From the human T2T-CHM13v2.0 reference genome, Homo sapiens, in NCBI RefSeq assembly GCF_009914755.1, contig NC_060936.1: a stretch of 64,000 nt of DNA, one strand, 5' to 3'. Position 1 is the stretch's first letter, and each line of letters starts with the position of its first letter. A model generated the notes under the pieces. That model searched no databases. It was not told where the DNA came from and saw only the letters and a list, made by a program, of their open reading frames with translations. A program made the position numbers and the translations under genes. Below are positions 1 through 11,963 of this stretch, in pieces.

Positions 1-323
1 GTGGCATTAGGTCACATGTAGGTGTCACCATTACCTGGCACAGAATCCCTGTGAGAAACTGGTGTCTTCCCCCATTTACCCATGAAGAGACTAAGGCTTC
101 ACCAAGTCAAGATGGGCCGAAGCCATCAAGTTAAGAAGTGGAGACGCTAGAAGAAAAAGCTCATTTCCCACCCAGTCTAGACCCCTTCCAGCCAACTTCA
201 GCTGCCTCCCAAATTCTTTCTTCACTCCTGTGGTGTGCTCCAAACTGTGCTGTATATTTATTATTTTATTTAATGCACACAACAGCTTGGATGGCATCAT
301 ATTATTGTGCATTGAAAATTACC

Positions 324-698
324 AGAGTTCCATCGAAGCTGGGAGTTGAGCCGTTGTTCTTGTGCACTGCTGCCATTGCCATTGACAATGCAGAACTTTG
401 TGAACACCTTGACAGGTAAGACCATTACCCTTGAGGTCAAGCCCAGTGACACCATTGAGAATGTCAAGGCAAAGATTCAAGACAAGGATGGCCTTCTCCC
501 TGACCAGCAGAGGTTGATCTTTGCCAGAAACAACTGGAAGATGAGCACACCATCTGACTATGACATCCCCAAAGGTCCACTTGGCACTTGTTTCTGTACT
601 TGAGGGGAGGTGTCTAAGTTTTCCCTTTCTTTTGAGCTTTCAACAAATCTCATTGCACTTTTCTTTTAATAAAGTTGTAGCCCTACCCTCCCCCAACA
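324..698 (+). pseudogene. Processed pseudogene of polyubiquitin C (UBC) with one ubiquitin unit, frameshifted
   Basis: ATG at 388 gives [46 protein letters not shown] (ubiquitin), then frameshifts. Ends TTG AGG GGA GGT GTC TAA (LRGGV*, stop 615-617), the UBC terminal Val. UBC-like 3'UTR (tttcaacaaatctcattgcacttttc, AATAAA 668-673) and spliced 5'UTR junction TTG|ACAATG. Candidate TSD aaaattaccagagtt 315-329 / aaaattgcaagtgtt 699-713 (12/15). Confidence 0.9.
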
Positions 699-1779
699 AA
701 AATTGCAAGTGTTAGAGCTTTGAGACTTTCAAATAAAATGCATGAAGCTTTACATTTCAATCCTTGTGTTGGTACCAAGGTTTGGCCACTCTGAGAATAC
801 ACAGGCAGAGAACACATTATCCATTTCTACAGTATTTCAGTTCTGGGTCTGAAAAGACCTAAGTCTGAAGGTAGAAAAAAAAATCATATAATGGAGGATA
901 ATATTGAAGTTTTTTAAAAGGATAGAAAAGCTTATTTCCCATTTGATCCACCAGCCCAGGTAACAAGCAATGCCTTGGGTCACCTTTCAACACAACTACA
1001 ACATAATGAAGCTTCTGCAGACAGTCTCTCAGGGCCTTAACTTTACTCATTTGAAGCTGGTACTGAGGTATTTTAAATTATGTTTTAATTTCTTTATCCC
1101 ACCATGACAGAATTATGTGTCTGGGAGATTCGTTGTGACATTATGTCCGCAGAATTAGCTGTGAATCAGGAATGAGTGTGCCCCCAAGCAGCTCCATTTA
1201 CTTGATATTATAAAGTGAAAATGTCATGGCTAATAATGCATGTCTGAGTTGTACTCAGTTTAGTGAAAGTCTGAGGCTGAAAACCTTCTGAACCAAAGAA
1301 AAAAATTTAAGATCTCACTTTTGGGGGGTACAGTAGATAGAAGAATTTTAAGGGCAGAGTTCTAAACTTTGTCTCTGCTCCCTGCAATGGCATTCTACAC
1401 GATATACTCTTGAAGGGGGGGCTTGTGCTGGGGTGGGGGTGGGTGGTACATGGGAGACTCTTGACTGGCTGGCAGGGTACTAGGTCTAGGGGGAGGATTA
1501 CAGGGAAGGAGGTTACTTTCTAAAAATTCACTAAGCTGCTCATGTATTTAATGCAGTTTTCTGTGTTTGTTATTTTTAACAACTTTTAAGGTATTTTTGT
1601 TTTATTAAAGGGGCCCACTATGGGCAAGGCAGGGTGCCAAGCTCCATGGGTTTAAGATCCCCTGCATCTCTTTTGTTCACTGCTGACTCTTAAGCACTCA
1701 GAAAAGTGCTTGGCACATAGCAGACACCCAGTACATATTTGTTGAACATTGTTGAAGATCACACAGAAGAAAAAGACAT

Positions 1780-2040
1780 TCATCATTAGATATTGTCAAA
1801 ACCCACAGGATATACATCAAGAGTGAGCCCTAATGGAAACTAAGTACTTTGGGTGATAATGATGTCTCAGTTCATGTTACATCATGGATTGTAACAAATG
1901 TGCCACTCTGGTGCAGAAATGTTGACCATGGAGAAGGTTGTACATGTGTGTTATGGGTATATGGGAAATCTCTGTAATGTCCTCTCAATTTTGTTGTGAA
2001 CTAAAACTGCTCTAACAAATAAAGTCTATTTTTTAAAAAT
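1780..2040 (+). mobile_element. L1MC-type LINE-1 3' end fragment
   Basis: gattgtaacaaatgtgccactctgg...tatatgggaaatctctgta...taaaactgctctaacaaataaagtctatt resembles the L1MC 3' terminus. Confidence 0.7.
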
Positions 2041-2204
2041 GTTAAGACATTAATTTATTCATTTCCTGCTAGAGATACTTGATAAAATGAAGACACCTGG
2101 TAGGACTCAGTCTCATTCGGTAAGTCAAGGGGCCTAGGAGCCAGAATTATTTTTAATTTTGTATTATGAATATTTTCAAACACATAGAAAGATGGAGAAT
2201 TGTT

Positions 2205-2838
<634 letters not shown>

Positions 2839-3225
2839 CTACCTAGATTGCCAGTTAACATTTTTACCATGTTTGCCTCAACTTTTTTGCTAAAGTATTT
2901 TGCACAAATTATATAGACACCATGAAAATAAGAACATTTTCCTTACTAAAATCAATACCATTGTAGAGCTAACAAAATTAACAATTCTTTATTATCCTCA
3001 TCTAATACCTGACTCATATTTAAACCTTGCCAATAGCTTTACAAAAAAGTGTTATTCCTAGTTTATTCTTACCAAGATCCAATCAAAGTCCATGTATTAC
3101 ATTTGGTTGTTATATCTCTTAAATCACTTGTAACCTTTATGAGTGCTCTCCCAACTCCCTGTACCCTTTATTTGACATAACATCAACTTGGTGAAGAGAC
3201 CAGGCCAGATGTCCCTCAGAATAGC

Positions 3226-3646
3226 TGATATAGTTTGGATATTTGTCCCTGCCCAAATTTCATGTCAAATCGTAATCCCCAGTGTTGGAGGTGGGGCCTG
3301 GTGGGAGGTGATTGGATCATGGAGGCAGGTCCTTCACGAATAGTTTAGCACCATCCTGATGCTAAAGTTGGTGTTGTTCTCCTGATAGAGTCCTCACACG
3401 ATCTGGTTATTTAAAAGTTTATGGCACCTCCCGCTTCTCGCTCTCTTCCTCCTGCTCCAACCATGTGAAGGGTTGGCTCTCCCTCTGCCTTCTGCCATGA
3501 TTCTAAGTTCCCTGTGGCCTCCCCAAAAGCTGATGCTGCCATACTTCCTGTACAGCCTGCAGAACTGTGAGCCAATTAAACCTCTTTTCTTTATAAATTA
3601 CCCAGTCTCATGTATTTCCTTATAGCAATGCGAGAAAAGACTAATA
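3226..3646 (+). mobile_element. MSTA-like MaLR solo LTR
   Basis: Begins tgatatagtttggat...ggaggtggggcctggtgggaggtgattggatcatgg; ends ttatagcaatgcgagaaaagactaata. Confidence 0.85.
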
Positions 3647-4087
3647 AGCTACTTTCAGATTTTGTCCAACTGCTGAATTTGTAGTGTCATTTAATTTATT
3701 CCACTAACCCATGCATTCCTTACACTTAAATCTAGAGATTGTAAATTTACATTTTAGATAAGACATCACTACTGATGCTGTGTAATATTGCAACACATTG
3801 TGAGGTGTGTCATATTTAATTGACCCATTATCAGTAAGCCAGAGACAGCTTCAGCCCTCCATTGTAAAGTTTCATTTTTTTTCAACCATCAAATAATCTA
3901 TGGAGTAATACTTCAGCAGCACTAGTGTTTCCAAGTCTCCACTTATCTGTCACCTAATGGTTTCATCATCCACTGAATGATTCTTATCTCAATCAATTAC
4001 TTCATTAAGGGTTGCAAAATGGTGATTTCTTCCATTCCTTCTATACTTATTAGCTGGCAGTCTTTAAGAGAGAGAGAGAGAGACTGG

Positions 4088-4380
<293 letters not shown>

Positions 4381-4898
4381 GAGAGAGAGAGAGAGTAAAA
4401 GAGAAGGAGAGAAATTTGTCTCATTAACTGCTTCTACTGAAAAGGCAAGGTAAATAATCATTAACTTTGAATTATCATTTTTCAGAATAAGGAGTAGGTG
4501 ACAAATGATATTTTGTTTTCCTTTGTTCTCTGGTTTTCTCTTTTCTGAATATCATTTTACAGACTTGCAGATTTTTATACATTCAGTGTGTTTCATTCCA
4601 TTGCAGTCATTTTTTTGAAGCTCAAATAGTTCCATCTTTAACCATTAAGAGCTCTTAATAAACTGGCTCTTTTTCTGGCACAAAGCAAGATGTCCCAGGC
4701 TCACCTTGTACAATCCCTCGCCCACACTCAAAATCAGCCATTACTCTAAAGACCCTGGTTTCTTTTAATGGGGAATGGTATTTAGTCATCAAAATCTAAG
4801 TGCTAGGAGTACTTACCTCTGTTGGGTTGTCAATGTTTCTAGGCCCTCCCTTTCAATGAACAGAGGTGAAGGGGGATATCTATGTATACATGTGTAGG

Positions 4899-4902
4899 TA
4901 TA

Positions 4903-4936
<34 letters not shown>
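4899..4936. repeat. (TA)n microsatellite at Alu tail
   Basis: Direct reading. Confidence 0.9.
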
Positions 4937-4954
<18 letters not shown>

Positions 4955-5233
4955 TGAGACAGAGTCTTGCTGTCACCCAGTCTGGAGTGCAGTGGTGTGA
5001 TCTCGGCTCACTGCAAGCTCTGCCTCCTGGTTCATGCCATTCTCCTGCCTCAGCCTTCCAAGTAGCTGGGACTACAGGCTCCCACCACCACATCTGGCTA
5101 ATTTTTTGTATTTTTAGTAGAGATGGGGTTTCACCGTGTTAGCCAGGATGGTCTCGATCTCCTGACCTCATGATCTACCCGCCTTGGCCTCCCAAAGTGC
5201 TGGGATTACAGGCATGAGCCACCATGCCTGGCC
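4937..5233 (-). mobile_element. AluY-like
   Basis: gcaagctctgcctcc, gccattctcc, ccgtgttagccaggatggtctcgatc diagnostics; poly-T 4937-4955. Confidence 0.93.
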
Positions 5234-6147
5234 ATATGTATATATTTTTAAATTATGTATTCATATTGAAATTTCCAATACAAATTTAATAACATGGGGG
5301 TTTTAACATTTTTTGTTTTTATACTTACATTGCTTTTCTCTTATCCTAAAAATTTTAGTGGTTAACAACATGAACATAGTACTTATTTTCTTATCTTGCA
5401 ATATACATCAAATAGTTTCAAAATAAAAAATTCCAATATAACTTGCTTTAAGCTCCTGAATTTAAGATCTCTTGTCCCAAGAATATATCCCACTAAGCAT
5501 GTACAGTTATTGTCTTCTAAAGGATTTGAAATAATTATTTTCTTGCTATGTTTGTTGTCAATTTGATCTATTATTAGATTTATTTGTTTTCCATTTTAGG
5601 GACTTCTTTTTGAATATTAAAAGATTTACTTAGTCAAAACAATCAAAATTATCAAGTCTTGTTTCCGTCTCCTCCATCTTATAATATCATTAAAAAGTTA
5701 ACATTTTTACACTTTTTCATATTCCTTCTCTTCCTCTCCTCTCCCTTCCCTTCCTGAACAATTCAGTCCTAATGCCCATAAGCAGGTCAGACTAAAGCAG
5801 GTGGCTATGGCAGAGAGTAGAGGGAACTGTGGTTCTCCACAGCAGGGGCCAGAGCCCAAGCTGGGTAAGGGGGATGTCCACAAATGGGGGTGGCTCAGCA
5901 GAAGTTGTCAGAGCTGGGGTGGGATGAAGAAAGCTTCCACACAGTGTTTCCACCTGGTGCAAGTATCAGAACACAGGAGGAGTAAGGAGAGTATCTGCAT
6001 GGGGAAGAGGGCAGAAACAGTGATGGAAGATTGGCTACATACAGGTGGGTTGAGCAAATAACTAAATATAGTAAGGAAAATGGGAGACAGGTTTCTCAGT
6101 ATCCAAGAATGGAGTTACTAATATGGAAAGGGAGAAAACTAGAATGA

Positions 6148-7038
6148 ATCTTGTGATATTAGATAGAAAGCAGAGGAATCAGGCTAAACTCTGTTTTCAA
6201 AATATGTGCATATATATAGAAATAAATGTAGATGTAAATTTATATACACACAAACACATATAGATATTCATCTGTCCACTGAGACAGCATGAGTGCAGTG
6301 ACACCCCAATAGTAATGAGCACACCTATCACTTAAATCTTAGTTTCTAAACACCATTCTCCACTAAAAGGAACCAGGTGTCTTTGTAGAAATGACTGATT
6401 CCAGGGCTAAGGCAGAGGAAGTACAACATTAGTTTAGAGCATCTTGTACCAAAAAAATAAGGAAGTACTCCAAGAATAATGAAATCATCTCAAAAGGACA
6501 CAAAAGCCAGCTTGAAAGGGCTCTCATAGTCAAATCTAAGATAATTTGGGCCTCAAAATAAATAACGATAGTGTATTTGGCCGTTCTTGCATTGCTATAA
6601 ATACCTGAGACTGGGTAATTTATAAAGAAAAGAGGTTCGATTGGCTCACAGTTCTGCAAGCTTTTGAGATGATGCTTTTGAGTTCTGTCCTTTTGAGATG
6701 ATTTCATTATTCTTGGAGTACTTCCTTATTTTTTTGGTACAAGATGCTCTAAACTAATGTTGTACTTCCTCTGCCTTAGCCCTGGAATCAGTCATTTCTA
6801 CAAAGACACCTGGTTCCTTTTAGTGGAGAATGGTGTTTAGAAACTAAGATTTAAGTGATAGGTATGCTCATTACTATTGGGGTGTCACTGCACTCATGCT
6901 GTCTCAGTGGACAGATGAATATCTGTATGTGTTTGTGTGTACATAAATTTACATCTACATTTATTTCTATATATATGCACATATTTCAAAAACAGAGTTT
7001 AGCCTGATTCCTCTGCTTTCTATCTAATATCACAAGAT
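6148..7038. repeat. 353-bp inverted repeat (arms 6148-6500 and 6686-7038, spacer 185 bp)
   Basis: Right arm is the reverse complement of the left, about 5 mismatches by eye. Confidence 0.97.
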
Positions 7039-7359
7039 ACATGGTGCTGGCATCTGCTCAGCCTTTGGTGAATCCTCAGGGAGCTTTCAATCCTGGTGGA
7101 AGGTGAAGGACAAACAGGCATATCCCATGGTGATGAAAGCAAGTGAAAGATGGGCAGGGGAAATGCCACACACTTTTAAATGACCAGATCCCACGTGAAC
7201 TGAGAGTGAGAGCTCACTTATCACCAAGGGGATGGTCCAAGCCATTCATGAGGAATCCACTCCCATGGCCCAAACACCTCCCGCCAGGCCCCACCTCCAA
7301 CACTGGGGATTACAGTTCAACATGAGATTTGGGTGGGGACAAGTATCCAAACTAGATCA
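6572..7359 (-). mobile_element. MSTA/MSTB solo LTR carrying a ~380-bp internal templated insertion
   Basis: tgtatttggcc...ttggctcacagttctgcaagc [insert] catggtgctggcatctgc...tatccaaactagatca; 5-bp TSD GATAG 6567-6571 / 7360-7364. Confidence 0.9.
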
Positions 7360-9160
7360 GATAGTGACATTATAACCCATGAATACAATAGGAAATCATG
7401 ATATTCATTAATTAATCAATAAAAAGTTTGTTGAGGAACAAGATACTGTATTTACATGGCGTAAAAGCACCTTCCTGCAAATGTATATTAATTACAAAGG
7501 AGAAAAAGCTTAACTCCAGTGGAGGAGGACTCCTCCAAGTGATCAAGCTCAACATGATCAGTAATAGAACAACCCAAAATTATGCACCACCTGATAAGGT
7601 GCAATAAGAACACACATCATTTCTGTGATATTCCTGCCAAAAATGTACAGCCCAAATGTAATCATGAGGAAATAGGAAACTCTTCAACATAACTGGCCTG
7701 TAATCTTCAAAATCTTCAAAGTGTCATGAAAGTGAAGACTGAAGAACTGATCCAGATGTTAGAAGACTAAAGAAACTGGACTCTAAATGCAGTGTGTGAT
7801 GCTCAACGTGATCCTTTTGCACTAAAGGACAATACAGGCACAAGTGCTGAAACTGGATGGGGTCTAGGGATTCGATGGCAGTCATGTTTTGATGTTAATT
7901 CCCTGATGTAATGAGCATACTGTGTCCCCGAAAAAGGCACATTAAACATTTTGGTGTTGGAAGGATCACCATTTCAGCAATTTACTCAAAATGATGGTGA
8001 AAAAGAGGTATTTGTACCAGACTTGTAACTTTTCTTTAAATTTGAGATTATTTTAAAATAAAAGGTATTTTTTAAGTTTTAGATAGCTTTATTAGCTATT
8101 TTTATTAGTTTCTGATTTAACCTTTCAGTGATTGGCAGAGCAAATTTAAGAAAAATATACATAAATTCTTATTTCCTCCCTTCTTATGCAAACCTAGGAT
8201 GTTCTGCAACCTCCTTTTAATTTTTTTCACATGTAACAATATATTCTGGATAACATTTCACATGAGTACATGTGGAGATCTTCCTCACTCTCTTTTATGG
8301 TTGCATAGTGCTCCATGCCCTCAAATGATGCTCATTTGACATATTTCCAATTTTTTCCTATTTAAAAATAAAAGCCACACTGAATGACCTTTGTGCATGA
8401 GTCATTTTGTACTTATTCAGGTATATGTCTAGAATACATCTCTAGGAGTGGAATTGCTGGGTCAAAAAGTAGGTGATTTTTTAATTTATGATATTGCCAC
8501 ATTCTCCTGCAGAGTAGCAGTTTGCATTTCCACAACCCCACAAATAGAATGGGTTTAGATTTTTGCCAATCTGACAGGTAATTTAAATTTATTTTACTGT
8601 TAGTGTGGTTGACAGTCTTCTGATATGTTTGAAGGTCACAGAAATTTTGTCACTCCCCAGAAATGTTGTTTCCTCCCCACAAGTGTCTGATGGGTGCCAG
8701 GTTTGAAACCTGGTTCATTGTATTCTATGGTTTTGGTAGCTAAGAAGGAACACAATTAATAAATATTGGGTTTATTGGTTTTCACTGGAGTTTAGATAGA
8801 CATTGGAAGATAAGTCTAATATACTCAAATATTATCTCCTCTACGAAATCTTCCCCAACAGTATCCAGCTGGGCTTAGTACGATTTCCCTAGCATTTTGT
8901 ACATACCTCTATGAGCACATATCTTGCCATATTAAGCTTACTTGTTTAGATAATTATACTTACTGGGGTTTTGCACCTAGGAAGATAAAACACTACGCCT
9001 TATTCATTTTCCAATCCTTAGGATCAAGCCTAGTTTCTGGCACATACTCAATATGTGTGTGCCAATACAGATACCAATATAGATATTCAATAAGTATGTG
9101 TTTGAATAAATGAATAAGCAATTGATCAATAACCCCAGTGTTAAATTTATACTGAAATCT

Positions 9161-9455
9161 GCCGGGCATGGTGGCTCACGCCTGTAATCCCAGCACTTTG
9201 GGAGGCCGAGGCGGGCGGATCATGAGGTCAGGAGATCAAGACCATCCTGACTAACACGGTGAAACCCCGTCTCTACCAAAAATACAAAAAATTAGCCGGG
9301 TGTGGTGGCGGACGCCTGTAGTCCCAGCTACTCGGGAGGCTGAGGCAGGAGATGGCATCAACCCAGGAGGCGGAGGTTGCAGTGAGCCGAGATTGCGCTA
9401 CTGCACTCCAGCCTGGGCGACAGAGTGAGACTCCATCTCAAAAAAAAAAAAAAAA
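9161..9455 (+). mobile_element. AluY/AluSc-like
   Basis: gagatcaagaccatcctgactaacacggtg; TSD ttatactgaaatct on both sides. Confidence 0.95.
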
Positions 9456-10884
9456 TTATACTGAAATCTAGCATGTCACTTCTCTGTAAAAACACACACA
9501 GCAGAAAGGAAATGATTTTTCTTTCTTGGATGCCATGAACTTTGAAGGGCTGTTTATTTCCAGCTTCTGATCTCTGCCTAGCTTTAGTTGGCTTCACTAA
9601 GAAAATGAGTCAGTCTCCAGAGTGTCTGATCCCCTTCTTTAGCCAGTGAGCAAGTGTAGGAGTCCAGCTCCTTTCACAGAGACATTTTCTGGTGCTGCTC
9701 ACAGGGAAGGCCCTACAATCTGAAGCCCTGCCTTAGCAGCAGCATCTATGACTAAAGTAAATAGAGTTGTCATGGGACGCCACTCTGCTATGTTTTTCTT
9801 TCCTCCCTCCATACTCTAAGGAGTTGTACTCTGGCAACTCACTTGATCTTTGAAATTTTCATTACATTCATCTTAGAGCCTAATCTTTTGACAGAAGGTT
9901 CTAAGTATGATGTTCTGCCTTGACTACTGTGGTTCCATTTTTCTCCCTAAGGAGGGAGGGTCTTCAACACAAAACACTTGCTTACTAATGATGCACCTTA
10001 GGAAACCAAACTCAGTCCTAACAGTCTCCTTCTCAGTGGATGGTTTATGTTATTCTGAGAAATATTTTAACTCTTTCTTAGAAAACAGCCATGCTTCTAT
10101 GACCAAAGACATTAGCTAGATTTCCAGTTTTGTCATAAAGAATGTTGGGCCATCTCATTTGAGGGATAAAAGAAAGTGAAATGCAATGAGGGGTAAAGAA
10201 AAAAAAGAAAGAAGCAGTGTGGTTCTGGCCCCAGCCTGGCTCAGAGACTGGTAAGCCAACAGAGGGCTCCAACGTGGCTTCCTCCTACTGTCCTACAGGT
10301 CAGCAACGTTAGATATGCAACAGCCATTCTTTCCTCCAGCAGGCGGCAACGCTCTTGGAGAAGGGAAGAAACAACGTCATGGAGCCTAGGATCTTCTTGC
10401 CAACACCTTGTATCATACGAAGCCGGAATCTGACAGCAGAGTGCTGGAGGCACAGGTACACACCCCCACACCTCCTTCCACACACACACCTGGCACAGGA
10501 TCACCAACACCCTCGTACACCGCCAGCACCACTGTGCTCACAGCACATACCTCAATCATGCCTCTGCCACTGCCCCGCTTGCAGTCCTGTGACTCCCACC
10601 GCTTCACCCTGCTCCAGAAATCTGGGAGCCCCTGCTTTTAGCTTCCCCCAGGTCTGATCAGGAACAACCCTGGGTTTCTGAGATATTTCAGAGCCTCTAC
10701 CAGAGAAGCAGGATTCTCCCACCCATTCCAGAAGACAGCACCAACACTCCGAGGTAACTAGAGCTGTGATGCAGAGCCTGTGCTGGTCAAGCAACTTAAT
10801 TTTTGGCTACCAGCACCAAGTACAGATGCAGCAAGGACAGCAGAAAGTGCATGAGCTCCAGGAGCCTGGCAGCTTTTGTGGCAC

Positions 10885-11000
10885 CAGTTACCAGGTGTAT
10901 GGTCCTGGGCAAGTAACTTGATCTCTTTGAACTCCAGGTTCCTCACCTTTACAATGGAGATAATAAGAGCTATTTTCTAGCAAATCAGTCTGTGTGCCTA
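10885..11000 (+). mobile_element. MIR fragment
   Basis: ctgggcaagtaacttgatctctttgaactccaggttcctcacctttacaatggagataata core. Confidence 0.7.
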
Positions 11001-11039
11001 GTGTATGTGATACTACTATCTAACAGCATCCAACAACAA

Positions 11040-11590
11040 TAACAACTGTGGTTTGAGCTCCTAATATGAAATAGGCATTATGCAAAGCATTTTGCATCCA
11101 TTATTTTATTTTATTCTCTAAATAAAGCTATGAGGTAAATGGCTTTGAATTGAATTACTGTCTTACAGATAAGGAAATGAAGCTGGGATATATGATGTGA
11201 CTTCTTCCCCCGAAGTCACATCATATAGCTAACACCCCGTATCATAAGAAGCTGGAATCTGACATCAGGGTGCTGGAGGTGCAGGTACACTAGTACCTAC
11301 TAGCTAGTAAGTAGTGAAGTGGACTTCCAGTGGTGTGCTGGTAAACCAGCTTACTGTGTGGAGGGAGGGGGGAAAAAGGCCTGACTTGTAGTAACTGTCA
11401 ATTTCCATGGGGTAAATACTCCCACTATGGCTGATTTCTAGTTACCAATGATTTTACAACTGGCTTGCAAAATTCCTGTATATTTGACAAGCGGCTTGAC
11501 AGCCTGTACAGGCTGGCTCCAGCACACCACTGCTTCAAATGCAAGTCTGATGCCAAAGCCCTTTCTGCTGAATATTACAGTCTACTGCCT
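11040..11590 (-). mobile_element. MIR interrupted by a templated insert and MER63
   Basis: tttattctctaaataaagctatgagg...ttacagataaggaaatgaagct...agctagtaagtagtgaag...ttcaaatgcaagtctgatgccaaagccc. Confidence 0.65.
11328..11532 (-). mobile_element. MER63-like hAT MITE
   Basis: Perfect 14-bp TIRs CAGTGGTGTGCTGG / CCAGCACACCACTG, ~205 bp. Confidence 0.8.
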
Positions 11591-11854
11591 TCCAGCAAAC
11601 AAACACAGTGGCACATTATAGGTGTTTAGTGAGCATGTGCCAAGCTCTAAAGAGAGGGAGGTTTCTATTTTAAAGAGCACTCCCAAGCCATAGCCTCTCA
11701 GTGGTATCTCTTCTCCTTCTGGATCACTACAGACCAGCCCACATGGTGCACAACTGATCACTACAAAGCTGCTCTGAAAACCTGCAGATGAAATATGTGA
11801 CTACAAAATCATGTGATTTCATGTATTTTTATGGTTTTATCAAAATATGTTTAA

Positions 11855-11958
11855 TCAGATATGGGTGAGACTCAAGGTATGATTCATCTGAGAGGAAATT
11901 CCTCCCCAGCTATGAACCTGTGAAACCAAACAAGTTATGTGCTTCTAAAATACAGTGG
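11855..11958 (-). mobile_element. MLT1-int (MaLR internal) 3' fragment, duplicated inverted at 14624-14727
   Basis: tcagatatgggtgagactcaagg...aacaagttatgtgcttctaaaatacagtgg; homologous to MaLR-int at 21228-21333. Confidence 0.8.
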
Positions 11959-11963
11959 CTATG

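Larger units (their letters stand above)
4450..5700 (-). mobile_element. Old L1MC/MD 3' region fragments, interrupted by AluY
   Basis: caagatgtcccaggctcaccttgtac...ccctggtttcttttaatggggaatggtatttag is typical antisense L1MC 3' sequence; boundaries approximate. Confidence 0.55.
6050..8065 (+). mobile_element. L1MC/MD 3' region, interrupted by MST LTR 6572-7359
   Basis: caccattctccactaaaaggaaccagg...aataatgaaatcatctcaaaaggacac, continuing after the LTR to tttgagattattttaaaataaaag. Confidence 0.6.

Noticed and set aside
346-603. 85-aa ubiquitin-like ORF as a functional gene
   Set aside because: Frameshifted after LIFA and loses the C-terminal GG in frame; listed start is non-ATG; retrocopy hallmarks.
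4600-6560. Opposite-orientation similarity between 4600-4880 and 6290-6560
   Set aside because: Highly diverged; explained by two old L1MC-type copies rather than a local duplication.
10241-10794. Overlapping ORFs in a GC-richer unique patch
   Set aside because: Low-complexity CA-rich sequence, not a CpG island, no recognisable product.
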